DNA of 64,000 nucleotides from Eledone cirrhosa (GCA_964016885.1 OZ024740.1:390972001-391036000); one strand, 5' to 3'. Shown: positions 24,401-38,226, numbered from the stretch's first letter. The notes: generated by a model from the letters alone, not told the origin. Made by a program: numbers and translations.

Positions 24401-25640
24401 AAATTAACACTTAAATGATTTGTATCATAGAACCTGGGACAGTTTCAGGTGGTTGACATCAAAAGAGTTAAACATGTCCAGAGATATCTTCTGTATTTGT
24501 CAATTAAAAAATAACACCAAGCTGCTGACTAATATTTTCTTTGACTGCATTCTTTATCCTACTTTGGTTCAAAGAGTCAAACATGTCCTCACCCACTTAA
24601 CTATATACTTTTGCCTGATTTGAAAACTAGAGTAACCATTCCACAAATTTCAAATTATTTATGAAATGTGTGGTCAGTTCTATCTACAGTCCTACATGAA
24701 CAGAAGAGTGTTCTTTATATGAAATTCACTTAAGCCTTCTGATAGCAAGCTGCCTGAGGCTGTGCCTGGTTCCAGGATACAAAACCTCTTGTATTAAAAT
24801 TAAAATCTCCCATCATGATTTTATTTATGAAACTTAACTCATTTAACCTTTTATTTAGTAAAGCAGCCTGAGACTGTGCTTGATTCCGGGATACAAAACT
24901 CCTTATCTTAAAGTGTTTATATTTAAATTAAAATCTCTCATCATAATTTTACGTATAGAACTTTTTTAAAAGTTATGTTTCTAGAACCAACGTAATAATG
25001 AAAAAGTTTACTGAATCACACCAGAGTCTTGACTATTTTCAAACTTAATTGAAAAAGACAGGCACTATATTTCATTAGAAATATGGTCACAAAGGGATTA
25101 AAATAAACTTTGTGGTACAATAAGTAGCTTATAGGATATTGTGGTTATTTTCTTTTAAACACAGATGAAAGAATATAATGTGCTTATCACAAAATATTTT
25201 GGAGGTGTTCAAAACATAACTAGAAGTAGAGAAAAATGAGTCAGTCTCATATACGTTGCAATTTAAATACCATTGTATAGTTGTTACAACTCACACGTAT
25301 GCAGAATTAACTGGCTTCTCATGCAGTTGTATCTCATAGGTTTTGTGGGTGTTTTAATGATAAAGGTACCAGACATGTAATGAAAAGTTACGTGAAAAGC
25401 TTCTTGCTCAATAGCTTTCATAGGTAGCTTATTGTAGTTAATTTCATATGAATTTAGACTATGTATATTGTGAAGAGATTCATTGTCAAACATTTCTTCA
25501 GTACCTTTCATGTAGTCTATTAAATTATTCAAACAAACCTTTTTTCTTTCTCTCACAATAGCACCTACTTGTCTTTAAAAATAGTTGAGAACTGTACTGA
25601 CATAAACTCTAATTACTATACTGCTCTACAAGATCTCAGA

Positions 25641-26099
25641 GTGTCTGTCTGTCTGTCTGTCTGTGTCTCTCTGTCTGTCTGTCTGTCTGTGTCTCTCTGT
25701 CTGTCTGTCTGTCTGTGTCTGTCTGTGTCTGTCTGTCTGTGTCTGTCTGTGTCTGTCTGTGTCTCTCTGTCTCTGTCTCTCTGTCTGTCTGTCTCTGTCT
25801 GTCTGTCTCTGTCTGTCTGTGTCACTCTGTGTCACTCTGTGTCACTCTGTGTCACTCTGTGTCACTGTGTCACTCTGTGTCACTCTGTGTGTCACTCTGT
25901 GTGTCTGTCTGTGTCTGTCTGTCTGTGTCTGTCTGTCTGTCTGTGTCTGTCTGTCTGTCTGTGTCTGTCTGTCTGTCTGTGTCTGTCTGTCTGTCTGTGT
26001 CTGTCTGTCTGTCTGTGTCTGTCTGTCTGTCTGTGTCTGTCTGTCTGTCTGTGTCTGTCTGTCTGTCTGTCTGTCTGTGTCTGTCTGTCTGTCTGTCTG

Positions 26100-26142
<43 letters not shown>

Positions 26143-27589
26143 GTCTGTCTGTCTGTGTCTGTCTGTCTGTCTGTGTCTGTCTGTCTGTCTGTGTCTGTCT
26201 GTCTGTCTGTCTGTGTCTGTCTGTCTGTCTCTGTCTGTCTGTGTCTGTCTGTCTGTCTGTGTCTGTCTGTCTGTCTGTGTCTGTCTGTCTGTCTGTGTCT
26301 GTCTGTCTGTCTGTGTCTGTCTGTGTCTGTCTGTCTGTGTCTGTCTGTCTGTGTCTGTCTGTCTGTGTCTGTCTGTCTGTCTGTGTCTGTCTGTCTGTGT
26401 CTGTCTGTCTGTGTCTGTCTGTCTGTGTCTGTCTGTCTGTGTCTGTCTGTCTGTGTCTGTGTCTGTCTGTCTGTGTCTGTCTGTCTGTGTCTGTCTGTGT
26501 CTCTCTGTGTCTCTCTGTGTCTCTCTGTGTCTCTCTGTGTCTCTCTGTGTCTCTCTGTGTCTCTCTGTGTCTCTCTGTGTCTCTCTGTGTGTCTCTCTGT
26601 GTGTCTCTGTGTGTCTCTCTGTGTGTCTCTCTGTGTCTCTCTGTGTGTCTCTCTGTGTGTCTCTGTGTGTCTGTCTGTGTCTTTGTCTGTGTCTCTGTGT
26701 GTCTCTGTCTGTGTCTCTGTGTGTCTCTGTCTGTGTCTCTGTGTGTCTCTCTGTCTGTCTGTGTCTCTCTGTCTGTCTGTGTCTCTCTGTCTGTCTGTGT
26801 CTCTCTGTCTGTCTGTGTCTCTCTGTCTGTCTGTGTCTCTCTGTCTGTCTGTGTCTCTCTGTCTGTCTGTGTCTCTCTGTCTGTGTCTCTCTGTCTGTGT
26901 CTCTCTGTCTGTGTCTCTCTGTCTGTGTCTCTCTGTCTGTCTGTGTGTGTCTCTCTGTCTGTCTGTGTGTGTCTCTCTGTCTGTCTGTGTGTGTCTCTCT
27001 GTCTGTCTGTGTGTGTCTCTCTGTCTGTCTGTGTGTGTCTCTCTGTCTCTGTGTGTCTCTCTGTCTCTCTGTCTCTCCGTGTGTCTCTCTGTCTCTCCGT
27101 GTGTCTCTCTGTCTCTCCGTGTGTCTCTCTGTCTCTCCGTGTGTCTCTCTGTCTCTCTCTCTGTCTGTCTGTGTCTCTCTCTGTCTGTCTGTGTCTCTCT
27201 CTGTCTGTCTGTGTCTCTCTCTGTCTGTCTGTGTCTCTCTCTGTCTGTCTGTGTCTCTCTCTGTCTGTCTGTGTCTCTCTCTGTCTGTCTGTGTCTCTCT
27301 CTGTCTGTCTGTGTCTCTCTCTGTCTGTCTGTGTCTCTCTCTGTCTGTCTGTGTCTCTCTCTGTCTGTCTGTGTCTCTCTCTGTCTGTCTGTGTCTCTCT
27401 GTCTGTCTGTGTCTCTCTGTCTGTATGTGTCTCTCTGTCTGTATGTGTCTCTCTGTCTGTATGTGTCTCTCTGTCTGTATGTGTCTCTCTGTCTGTATGT
27501 GTCTCTCTGTCTGTATGTGTCTCTCTGTCTGTATGTGTCTCTCTGTCTGTATGTCTGTGTCTCTCTGTCTGTGTCTGTCTGTCTGTCTG
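25641..27589. repeat. ~1.95 kb compound (TCTG/TC/TG) microsatellite with higher-order blocks
   Basis: Plus strand nearly free of A; blocks with different repeat periods (4 to 20 nt); abuts the 5' end of the Tx1-type LINE. Confidence 0.97.
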
Positions 27590-27762
27590 AGGATAGTAGA
27601 CGTCTTTCATATCGGCTCGTCGATTTGGAATTTTTACCTGGAATATTTGCGAGTGAATTATTTGAATTGTTTTTTATTATTGACTAACCCCTAGTCTGGG
27701 ACTGTAGACGTAGGGTAAATATATTTTCACCCCTTTTGGGGTGAAAAATATTTAATTCAGAA

Positions 27763-29030
27763 ATGTTTATCGATATCGTCGAAAACGATATCGCCATATT
27801 GGAAGCGAACGCCACGCCTACCAAAAAATTAAGCGGGAAAGAGGGAACAACAGTTCAAACTGTTGAACAGCCCCTCCTCTCCAATGAAAAAAAAAGGAAT
27901 ATTAATTCAAATGAAAAACTTAATTTTGAAGAAAAAAATAACACCACAAATAATGAAACCAACAACATTACAACAACAAACAACAAAGATAAAATTTCTT
28001 TTGCCCAAACGGTCAGGAAAGCTATCGAATACAAGCCAATAGACATCACAAACGCTAAGCAAAATTTGCTAGATGCCAGAAAATACGTATCTTTTGGGGA
28101 GGATGGTTCTTTTACGATCAACTCCCCAGAAGAAGTTCGTCAACAGGTATATAGGAATACCGTAACCTACAGGACTATAACCAACGCAACAAGAAAGCCA
28201 GCTCAATTGACAGAAAGTCAAATTGAGCTGGTTCTGAAAGACATTAAAAAGGAGACATACTCTTTATTGAAAGAGGAAAGCTGTATGCCAGCATTATGGT
28301 CCGAATGAAGGACGAAATGCTGGCTCAAAAATATTCGGTGGCACCTATAGTGTCACCACAATACACCTTCTTCCCCACATATAAAGGAAGAAGAACACAA
28401 AGAATAAGAATGTGGAGCCCAACGCCAGAAGTTAACATCTGGTCCGTCCTAACAGGATTTACGGACCTAGAAAAGGACATCCTTATTTCAGCAGGGGAGT
28501 CCACCAGTGGACTGTTCGGGGGGAAAAGTCTGGAGGTTCTCTTACAGATGACACCTGAAAGAATCTCCGGAATACCCGACCGAGTCCTACTGGATGGGCG
28601 AACCTTCATAAATATCACAGTGGAAGGCAGGAGACCCTCATGTTACCACTACGCTGGCAGAGGTCACCTGAGGACGGCCTGCCCTCTACTAACAACAAAA
28701 AAAACCACTGCTACAAACACCACAACAACAACAAAAACAACCAGCACCACCACCACAAAAACAACAAAATACACTACCATCACAACGACAACAAAAACCA
28801 ACAACAACACCACCACAACATCAACAACAGCTCAAAAAAACAACCCAAAACACGGTCCCACCCAGCCCCTCCCCACAGAACACAAATATTCATACACAAC
28901 CCGGAAACATACCCCTCCCCTCCAATACGGAAGAGGAGCTCATATCGTCGGAAGACGAGGGGGCTCCCTTCCAAAAAGTGAAAAGAAAAAAACGTACACA
29001 CACCAAACAAACAAAAGTCACCCCACCTGA
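27763..29030 (+). pseudogene. Tx1-type ORF1 (zinc knuckle + Thr-rich region), frameshifted near 28250
   Basis: ITVEGRRPSCYHYAGRGHLRTACP is a degenerate CCHC knuckle; the copy at 63239 is open across the frameshift site. Confidence 0.8.
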
Positions 29031-29413
29031 CAACACAACACAAACAACAAACAACACAAAAACTCTACACATACATAAACAAAAACAATAAAAACTTAAC
29101 GGAAAAAATAGAAAACAACCCTTCGGTACAAACCGAAGGGCCGAATTTTGCAACGGCAATGGGACTCCCTAACCTGAAAATGGTGAAAGTCCCACTTTAC
29201 ATTTTCAAAACTTTGAAAAACATTTACCCTGAGGACGTGGGGCCACCCTGCACCAGGCCACTCAACCGCGTCCTCCTGAAAGGTTTTCCCCTCCCCTCCA
29301 CACACTAATACCCCCACACCACCACACTACAACCCCTCCACCAGCCCCATGGAAACTGAGCGGCCCGAACCCCGGGACGCAGAGAGGTAAGTGCCTCTTT
29401 CTTTTCCACCAAC

Positions 29414-32400
29414 ATGGCTGTCTTAAGAGTAGGTTGTCTAAATGCGCATGGCCTGGGCTCACCTTGGAAGCAAGCTAAACTTCTAAATGACCTCAGGTCA
29501 CAATGTATAAATGTGATGGTTATTTGCGAGGCCCAGCGTGCGACAGCTAGCCCCCACCTTTGATGACTTTGAGATGCACGCATCTCTCTGTCAGCCCGGA
29601 GGTGGGGGTGGGGTTGTCGTTCTGCTGCAAAAACATCTGGGTCTTGCTACACAGACGGTACACTTGGACCCGGAGGGTCGACTCGTGGTTCTGGACCTTG
29701 GCAATGGTGAAGGCGAAGCTTTTAGGCTTGTCGCCGTATACGCCCCTTTTGGGGCAATGCGGTCGGATTTCTTCCATCGTCTGGAGACTTTTCTAGGGAC
29801 GTCCCGCTCCTTGCTTTTAGTGGGGGACTGGAATGGTATCCTAGATGCACGTTGGGACTATGTAGGGGCATGTCCCGATAGAGGGGGGTGTAACAGCTTC
29901 AAGGGGTTAATCGGCCGATTTGACCTGGCCAATAGATACCGACTAGATTTTCCGACTGTGCCAACCTGGACTTGGTTAAATAACAGTGGTCAATCTAGAT
30001 CGTACCTAGATAGGTTCTTAGTTAGAATTAAGGATAGGGACTTTTTAAGTTGTCCAGAAATGCTCATGGTGGGCTATTCAGACCACAAGTTAGTGACCTG
30101 CGTTGTCCACCTTGATAGAACGCATAGGCAGGGACCCGGTTAGTGGAAGCTCAACTTGTCCTTACCGGCAAGTAGAGCTTACAGGGACCGGATTAGAACT
30201 TTAGTTAAGGAGCGGTTGACGGGCACCATCGTCAACGGCAGGTGGTGGGGTTCTCTAAAAAGAGAGATTAGAGTAATTTCAATAGGAGTTAGTAAGGAGT
30301 TAGCCTCAGATAGAAATAGGAAGGAAAGGGAGTTGGTAGTTAATGTTGAAGAGGCAATGAGAAGCGGCAACGTGGCCAGAGTGCAAGCGCCGAGAACGGC
30401 CTTGAACCAGTTCTTCGACGCGAAACACGAAGGCTGCGTTGTCCGAAGCAAAATACGTGCTCTGGGAAACGAGGGGACCAAAGCTGTTAGCTGGGCCCGC
30501 ATGACAGAAGCGAAAAGTGGGATTAAATCCACTATCCGGTCTTTGCGAGACCAGGATGGACGGGTGATCCTTGAACCTAAGCAAATGTGCGAGGCCTTTC
30601 AAAGGCACTTTGCCCGATTGTTCGGGAGGGGCCGGTTGGAGATGTGGATTTCGGTCCATACCTCGACGGCCTGCCGCGTCTTTCGGACAAGGAGGCGAGG
30701 TCCTGCGACGGGCCGATCTCAGCTGCTGAAATAGGGGACGTGCTGAGCCTATGCGGCAAACGCAAATCTCCAGGGCTCGATGGTCTGCCCTACGAACTAT
30801 ATATTAATATGCCGGACTTGTTCCCCGATCTCCTCGAGGCGGTCTACTGCAACTGGCAACAGAACGGGAGAATTCCCTGTTCTGTGACCAAGGGCGTAGT
30901 CTCGCTAGTGAGGAAGGACGAGAACAAGGGGGATGACATTAGTAATTTTAGGCCCATAACTCTGCTAAATGCAGAGTTAAAGATTTTGGCCAAGGTGTTA
31001 GCGAAGAGGTTGGCGCTTGTCGTGGGGAGCCTGGTGGGAGATGCTCAGACATGCGCTATCCCGTCCAGGTCCATCCACGACAACCTCCACCTCATGCGAT
31101 ACATCATAGAGAGGGTTTGGGAACGAACCCGGCTTTGGTGGGGCCCTGATAAATTTAGATCAGTCTAAAGCGTTCGATAGGGTGGACCATGGTTACCTGG
31201 ATGCGGTGCTAGCGGCGGCTGGGTTCGGACCCGTTTTCAGGGTCTGGATCACTGCCATGCACAGCAGCCGCATCTGCTCTAGAGTCAAGGTGAACGGCTA
31301 CCTTTCGGAGCCGTTCGAAATCACCCGCTCCATCCGACAGGGGTGCCCTCTCTCTTCCCTTCTGTATGTATTGGCTCTCGAGCCACTACTGCGGAAGTTG
31401 GAGTTGTTGCAGGGCATCCCTTTGGAACCGGGATTGCGCAAAGCGGTGTCGGCCTACGCCGATGACGTAACAGTAATGGTGTCGACCACCTCGGAAATCG
31501 AGGCAATCGGCACCTTACTGGAGGAGTACGAAAGGTTGACTGGGGCTAAGCTGAACTGGGACAAGTCAGTCGCTTTGCAACTCGGCGAGTGGAGGGGCAA
31601 AGCGATGTCATGCGACGGTGACGGTGGACGGAGGGCCCGGTGAAGTTGCTTGGGGTCTGGTTCGGACCGGACCTCCAGGTGGATAAAAACTGGGGTGAGG
31701 TGACGAACAGGGTGTTTGCACTGACCCAGAAGTGGGCCGAGTGCAAACTATCCCTGAAAGGTGGCGAACGCTTACATAGCGTCCGTCATCTATTACTGCT
31801 TGACTGTCGTGCCTTGCCCGGGTGAGATCCTCGCCAAAATGGAGCGCGCCCTCTTTTATTTCCTTTGGAAGAAGAGGTCTCCTCTGGTGAGGAGATCCAT
31901 CTGCTGTCAACACCCTTTGAAAGGAGGGCTGGGGATGCCGTGGCTAAAAATGTGTAAACACGCATTGAGGCTAAGGCACCTCCAGGTGTTCCTCACCGGT
32001 CAACCGGTGTGGGCCCCGTTTGTGAGGAGAGCCTTCCCGAGGCTCGTCTCGCTCACCGAGCTGCAGTCCTGGGTGAAGCAAAGACCGAGAAAACTGGGCG
32101 ACTGGCACACCGAGTGTGCCCAGGCGCTCACGGCTCTCTGGCAGGCGGACCCGGCTATCGACGGAGACTCCACCTCGTCATTCTATAGAGGGCTGGTGGT
32201 TAGCGGGTGCGACGACGCCCTCGGAGAAATCCTAGGCATGGAGGAGGACGAACTGACCAGTCTATTCGGTAGGACTTTCGGCCCGGGACCTATGGACAAC
32301 TTCCAGAAGTCCTTGGCCTGGCAGTGCTACCGAGGGGCTCTGCCCGTTCGGGATAAGCTCTACAGACACGGGCGCCCGGGTAGGGACCCCTCAAAAAAGA

Positions 32401-32814
32401 TCTGTCCCAGATGTGTGCGCGACGAGGAAACCGTCGCGCACGCATTGGTGCACTGCCCGGGCGTTGCCGATCTGTGGGGCTATGTCGAACAACTGCTGTC
32501 ACGGGTGGGACCAATTAGGTTGACCACCGAGTCCATTGTAACGATCAAGCCGCCTCCCCCCTTTTCAAAAAGGAAGGAGAGGCGGTCTTCCTCTGTGTAA
32601 TAGCCATGGTAAAAGAGGCTATATGGTGGACGCGTCTGAAAGGGCTGAGGTCGGACACCTTTCTCTCCGGCCAACAACTGGTCCTTTTCTTCCGATACCA
32701 TTTCGGAAGGATCAGGATGGAGAGGTGCTCCACTCCAGCCAGTTTTATGAAAGGTGGGTGAAAGTTGCGAGAATGGCCCGTGTGAATGGGCCTTCTCTCT
32801 ACCTCAGCCTGTAG
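29414..32814 (+). pseudogene. Tx1/L1 ORF2 (AP endonuclease, reverse transcriptase, C-terminal zinc finger) with several frameshifts and a stop
   Basis: GCLNAHGL, AVYAP, VGDWN, SYLDRF, YSDHK; KSPGLDGLPYELY, FRPITLLNAELKILAK, KAFDRVDH, QGCPLS, AYADD; GGLG; CPRC..ETVAHALVHC. Confidence 0.93.
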
Positions 32815-33040
32815 GTGGAACAGGAAGAAGGGAGCACCCTCTCTTTGTGCTCCCGTGGAGAAGGGTGGCACACTTTTTTTCGGGGGTATGTGTGACCCCA
32901 AAACGATCCCTCCCTATTGAGGACCTTCTTGTTACTATTTTGTTTGTTATATTTTTCTTACTCGATTTTTATGTAAACTCCCCCCACCCATGTACATGTC
33001 CCTTTCTTTTGTGCCCCAGTGGCAAATAAACAGAAATTTG

Positions 33041-33605
33041 TCTCTCTCTCTCTGTGTCTCTGTCTCTCTGCCCGTGCCCGTCCGTCCGTGTCTGTCTGTC
33101 TGTCTGTCTGTGTGTCTGTCTGTCCGTGTCTGTCTGTCTGTCCGTCCCTGTCTGTCCGTCCGTCCGTCCGTCCGTCCGTCCGTCCGTGTCTGTCCGTCTG
33201 TCTGTCCGTCCGTGTCTGTGTCTGTCCGTCCGTGTCTGTCTGTCTGTCCGTGTCTGTCTGTCTGTCCGTGTCTGTCTGTCTGTCTGTCCGTGTCTGTCTG
33301 TGTCTGTCCGTGTCTGTCTGTCTGTCTGTCCGTGTCTGTCTGTCTGTCCGTGTCTGTCTGTCTGTCCGTCCGTGTCTGTCTGTCTGTCTGTCCGTCCGTG
33401 TCTGTCTGCCTGTCCGTGTCTGTCTGTCTGTCTGTCCGTCCGTGTCTGTCCGTCCGTGTCTGTCCGTCCGTCCGTGTCCGTGTATCTGTGTGTACATGTG
33501 TATACATGCGTGTGTGCACATGTGTATGTGTGTGTGTCTGTGGGTGTATGTGTGCACATGTGTATATGTGTATATGTGTGTGTGTGTGCACATGTGTATG
33601 TGTGT
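33041..33605. repeat. (TC)n/(TCTG)/(TCCG) microsatellite grading into (TG/TA)
   Basis: Starts directly after the LINE polyadenylation signal; same strand polarity as the upstream array. Confidence 0.95.
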
Positions 33606-34665
33606 AAATAATTTCAGTTTCAGCCAATCTTTCACATGCCGTTAATACTAAAAGTACTTCTTAGCTAAACCTGCTTCATAGACACAATTTTCTGCTCTAT
33701 ATAACAACTTTTTGTTGCTTAGTTTATTTAAATGAGTTAACCTTCGCTGAGTCACATTAATTATGTAACAACTGCCAGTCAAACATTTTAAGCCAACTCC
33801 TTGCTATGACAACATACCTGCAGATAATTTCTTAAGTCATTGGTTAAACCTTCCATTGCTATATTTCTAATGTAAGACATTGCCTTTGATTTTTTTTTAT
33901 AATTTTGAAAATAATTAAAACTTTGAAGTAATACAACTAACTTTCCCATTATTTATCTGCTATTTGGAATAAAACTTAAAGATTTTTACATAGAATTATG
34001 ATGGGAAGTTTTTAGATGGATATGAACATTTTAAAATAAACAGTATTGTGTCAGAACAGAACTAGGAGGCGGGCTCAAGTGGTGTGATACCAAAAGGATT
34101 ATTTCATATTTTTTTTTAAATTCAATTTCCAGAACCTCTCTCACAAACATGGAGCATAGCCTAGCAGTTAGTATGTTGGATTTACAATCATAAGGTAGTG
34201 AATTCAATTTTGGAATCAGGCAGTAGATTATGACCTTGAGCAAGATACTACATTCTATATTGCTCCAGTCAACTCACCTAGGGAAAATGAATCTCAGCAG
34301 AATTGGGGGGGGGGGGTACACCTTGCAATTGACGGGTGTCCAGTCCAGTGGGGGGGGGGTCATGATAGGACCGGGGCCTCTATCATTAAAACATCTGAAA
34401 AACATCCTACGAGAAACAACTTTGTAGGAGGGCAGCTAAACCTACATAGGCAAGAGCTCTAACAACATAACACATTGCTGTTGAGCATCCGTTGGTTCCG
34501 ATAATGAGTATTTCAGTTGCTTGACCAATGAAACAGCTGCTCATAATAAATAAATGGCAGAGTATACTAACACATAATTCTCAGGGAAATCAGCATGACA
34601 GTGTGTAACAAGGCTGACCCTTTGAATTTCATGTACATCTTTTCCAGCTGAGTGGACTGGAGTAA

Positions 34666-35745
34666 TCATCATCATTGTTTAACATCTATCTTCCATGCTA
34701 GCATGGGTTAGACGGAGTGATATTGTCTTAGAGAGGTGCAAGGTCGGACTTTATCATGTCGTCCCAGGTTTTTCTGGGTCTACCTACTCCGTAACTTCCA
34801 TCAATTTTGATCGCCCTGCACTTTTTTATACAGCTGTTGTCTTTCATGCGCATCACATGACTGTACCAACATAATCTTCTCTCGGGTAGATAGCATATGA
34901 TCCCTCTTATTCCTATTTCTTACTTACTTCATTTATGTTTTGCCGTTCATGTATATTACTATTACACATACAACCGAGCATGCATGCTTTGTTCCTTTCC
35001 AGTCTGCGTAGGTCCTCTGCACACAATGCCCATGTCTCACTGCCATGTAACATTGCTGTTCGTATACAAGCATCATACAATCTGCCTTTCATTTTCAGAG
35101 AGAAACCTTTTGTGGCCAACAGCAGTATAAGCTCTCTGAACTTTTTCCATCCCGTTCTGACTCTGGCTACTGTACTTTCAGAACACCCTCCACCACTGCT
35201 GATTTTGTCACTCAGGTAACAGAAAGTGTCCAATATTTCTATGGAACCATCTGGGCAGTAGAAGGAGCTAGTATCTGGTGGGTACTTGCTACTTATTGCA
35301 CCTGAGCATCGGCCACATATAAAATCTATGTTCTTAGATAGCTTGCTTGTGATCCCACTACATCTTTTATGTACCCATAGTTTGCATTTGGGACATAGAA
35401 TGGAATTTCTACCTACTCCTTTCCTACATACTGAGCATGGCCATTTCCTTTGTGCCCTATTTTCCTTTCTACATACTAGAACTTTAGTCTTAGACAAGTT
35501 CACTTTAAGGCCTTTTGATTCTAAGCCATGCTTCCATGTTTGGAATTTCTTCTCCAGTTCAGCCATAGATTCAGCTATGAGCGTTAGATCATCTGCATAT
35601 AGAAGTTCCCATGGGCAGCCAGTCTTAAACTCCTGTTATAGCCTGAAGGGCAGTAATGAACAGGAGGGGGCTAAGGACAGAGCCTTGATGAACACTGACT
35701 TTTATGCTAAATTCTTCATTATATTCATTGTTAATTCTAACCTTA
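34666..35745 (-). mobile_element. RTE LINE 3' fragment (same family as 1997-3867) with PHD-like finger and short tail
   Basis: ORF 34913..35566 with WPCSVC..CPKC..WVHKRC..CGRC; tail ccatgctagcatgg..gatgttaaac(aat/gat)n. Confidence 0.92.
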
Positions 35746-36772
35746 GAATTAACAAGTGAAATAAAATATCTTGCTCAAGGTCATAACACATTCTTAGGAA
35801 TCAAACTCGCAACATCAAGATTGTGAACTGTGCCACACAAACACACACCTTTCTCTTATTCCACATATACCAATATGGTTTTAGTATCACTTCATGATTA
35901 TGAAGGAGAATGAACATTCAATGTGATTTGAGTTCCTTTCAGTTAAGTAAAATACTGCAGCTTCAAACTTAAAAGATGATTATGGCTGTAAGTGGAGCTT
36001 CTCAGATAAACACACCAAGTCTTACTTCCTGTTAAAACTGCTCCAACTATAAACAACACTTAACCCTTTTACTACCAAATAGTTTTGTATTCTAGAACCT
36101 GGAGCAGATTGAAGCTGTTTATTTTCAATTGTTTATCAAGAAAACCTTCCACCATAATTTTATGCAAGAACCTTTGTTAAGTTATCTTCCAAACACCAGT
36201 TTAAATAATGGGAAAGTTATATTGCTAAATCCCTTTAAATTCTTGATTATTTTCAAAATGATTTGAAAATCACAGGCAGTGTCTTTCATGGGAAATATGT
36301 TAATGAAATGGTTCAATCAATTATATGAAATGGAAAGAGTAGAGTAGAATTTGATGTAAATATTCAGTCCTTATTTTGAAGAATCATAATTTGAGAAAAT
36401 ATTATCAATGTCTTGATTAATGAGCCATTGTAGCAGCTAACCACAATCCTCCTCCATCCACTGCAGTTTTCTGGTCCCGTGGTCAGTGCTGGTCACCACT
36501 CCACTACCATTTTATAGTCGCATTGTAATGATATATATTCTACTAACACTATAATGTTATAGAGGAAGGGCATCAAGTCTCAAAACCTGCAGCTCCAAAA
36601 CCATGTGAAATATCGCTGACATGGAAAGATGATTTATGACAAACCTATTTTAGTTACATAAACAAAGAATGTTGCTGTTGTTGATTTTAAAGAACACAAA
36701 TATTGCTTTAGTTAAATTCCTTCATACTACCTTGTCAGCTCTTAAATCTCCCCCTTCTTTCTCTCTCACTAT

Positions 36773-36935
36773 ACACACACACACACACACACACGTGCGC
36801 GCGCGTGTGTGCGTGTGTGTGTGTGCGTGTGCGCGTGCGCGTGTGCGTGTGTGTGTCTATACACACGCACGCACATACATACATAAACACATTCACATAT
36901 ATGCATAAATACACACACACAAGCACATACACACA
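36773..36935. repeat. Alternating purine-pyrimidine (CA)/(CG)/(TG) tract, self-complementary
   Basis: Direct reading. Confidence 0.85.
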
Positions 36936-37980
36936 CCTAGAAACAGGATGTTATTAAGCTTAATATCCTGAGGAAGGAAACAATCACCACCAAAACAAAA
37001 TTAAGCACAACAAACAATGTTCTCTTCAAAAGTCTTTGTATCATGTATTTTTAATTAACACTTTAATCCTTTTAATATTGAACTTCCTGAAACTAATCCT
37101 GATTCTATCAAACAAAACTTATTTTAAAGTGTTTATCATTGTCATCATTGTTTTTACGTTGATTTTTCCATGCTGGCATGCTTTAGATGGGACTCTGAGG
37201 CAGTTTTACAGCCAGATGCCTTTCCTGACATCAACCCTTTCAATCACATTTTATGACACAGTGATATAGTGTACCTATTCTAAACTAGATACCCTATCTA
37301 AAAATCTTCCATCATAATTTTATGTAAAAACCTTTGTTAAATTATCCAGTAAACACCAGATAAATAATAAGTAGTTATAGAAACTAAATTCCTCCAAATT
37401 CTTCAAAATTATTTGAATATTTTAGCAGTATCTTCCATTAGCAATACAGTAGCAAAATGATTAATAAAGCAGAATGCATAAAACAATTTCCAGAAATATT
37501 TAAAGTTAAAAAACTAATCACTCAACCTGATAAAATGATTATCTTCTCCAACACAATAAAGAGAAATTAGGGTATTTTTCAACACAATCTGGTCAGATAT
37601 TTGGGATCCTTTTATAAAAATATATATTACATATTTAATAGAGACTATGGTCATGCTGGGAAACCACCTTGTCTTTTAGTCAATCATATTGACCTCAGTA
37701 CTTACATTTTTCAAGTTTGGTACATATTTCATTAACCTCTTTTTGCCAAACTGTTAAATTATGGTACATAACACAGACAGAAGCACAGGAACACACACAC
37801 ATACATATGATGGGCTTCTTCAGTTTCCATCCACATTTCACTCATAAAGCAGTTCCAATATAAAAGAGTGATTTAATATGGTTTGGTACAAAAAAGGTTA
37901 ACTCTTGATATCATATTACTAATGAAAGACACTGCCTATAATTTTCAAATATGTTTTTGAAATAATGAAGAATTTTATTA

Positions 37981-38226
37981 TTAACCCTTTCATTACCATA
38001 TTTTTAATGAAAGACAATGCATATGATTTTCAAACAATTTTTTAAATAATCAAGAATTTGGAGATATTTAGTAATATAACTTTCTTATTAAGCTGGTGTT
38101 TGTAACATGAATATTCTTACATAAAATTACGATGGAAGATTTTTAGATAAATATAAATACTTTAAAATAAACAGCTTAGTATTGTAGAACTAGAGATGGT
38201 TTTAGGCAGTTTATCAGAAGGGTTAA
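37981..38226 (-). mobile_element. TTAA-flanked piggyBac-like MITE (intact ends)
   Basis: ttaaCCCTTT at 37981 and aaGGGttaa ending at 38226. Confidence 0.8.

Larger units (their letters stand above)
27590..33040 (+). mobile_element. Near full-length Tx1/L1-clade non-LTR retrotransposon (ORF1 + APE-RT-CCHC ORF2), inactivated
   Basis: 5' UTR, ORF1 from 27763, ORF2 from ~29414 to 32814, AATAAA at ~33025 followed by (TC)n. Confidence 0.93.

Noticed and set aside
25569-27694. 570-670 aa ORFs rich in S/L/C/V or T/D/R/Q in several frames
   Set aside because: A nearly A-free microsatellite strand cannot form stop codons; these are translation artefacts.
27763-32814. First Tx1 copy as an active element or as programmed frameshifting
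   Set aside because: Multiple frameshifts plus an in-frame TAG at ~30141; the paralog at 63239 is open across the ORF1 shift, indicating decay (or some assembly error).
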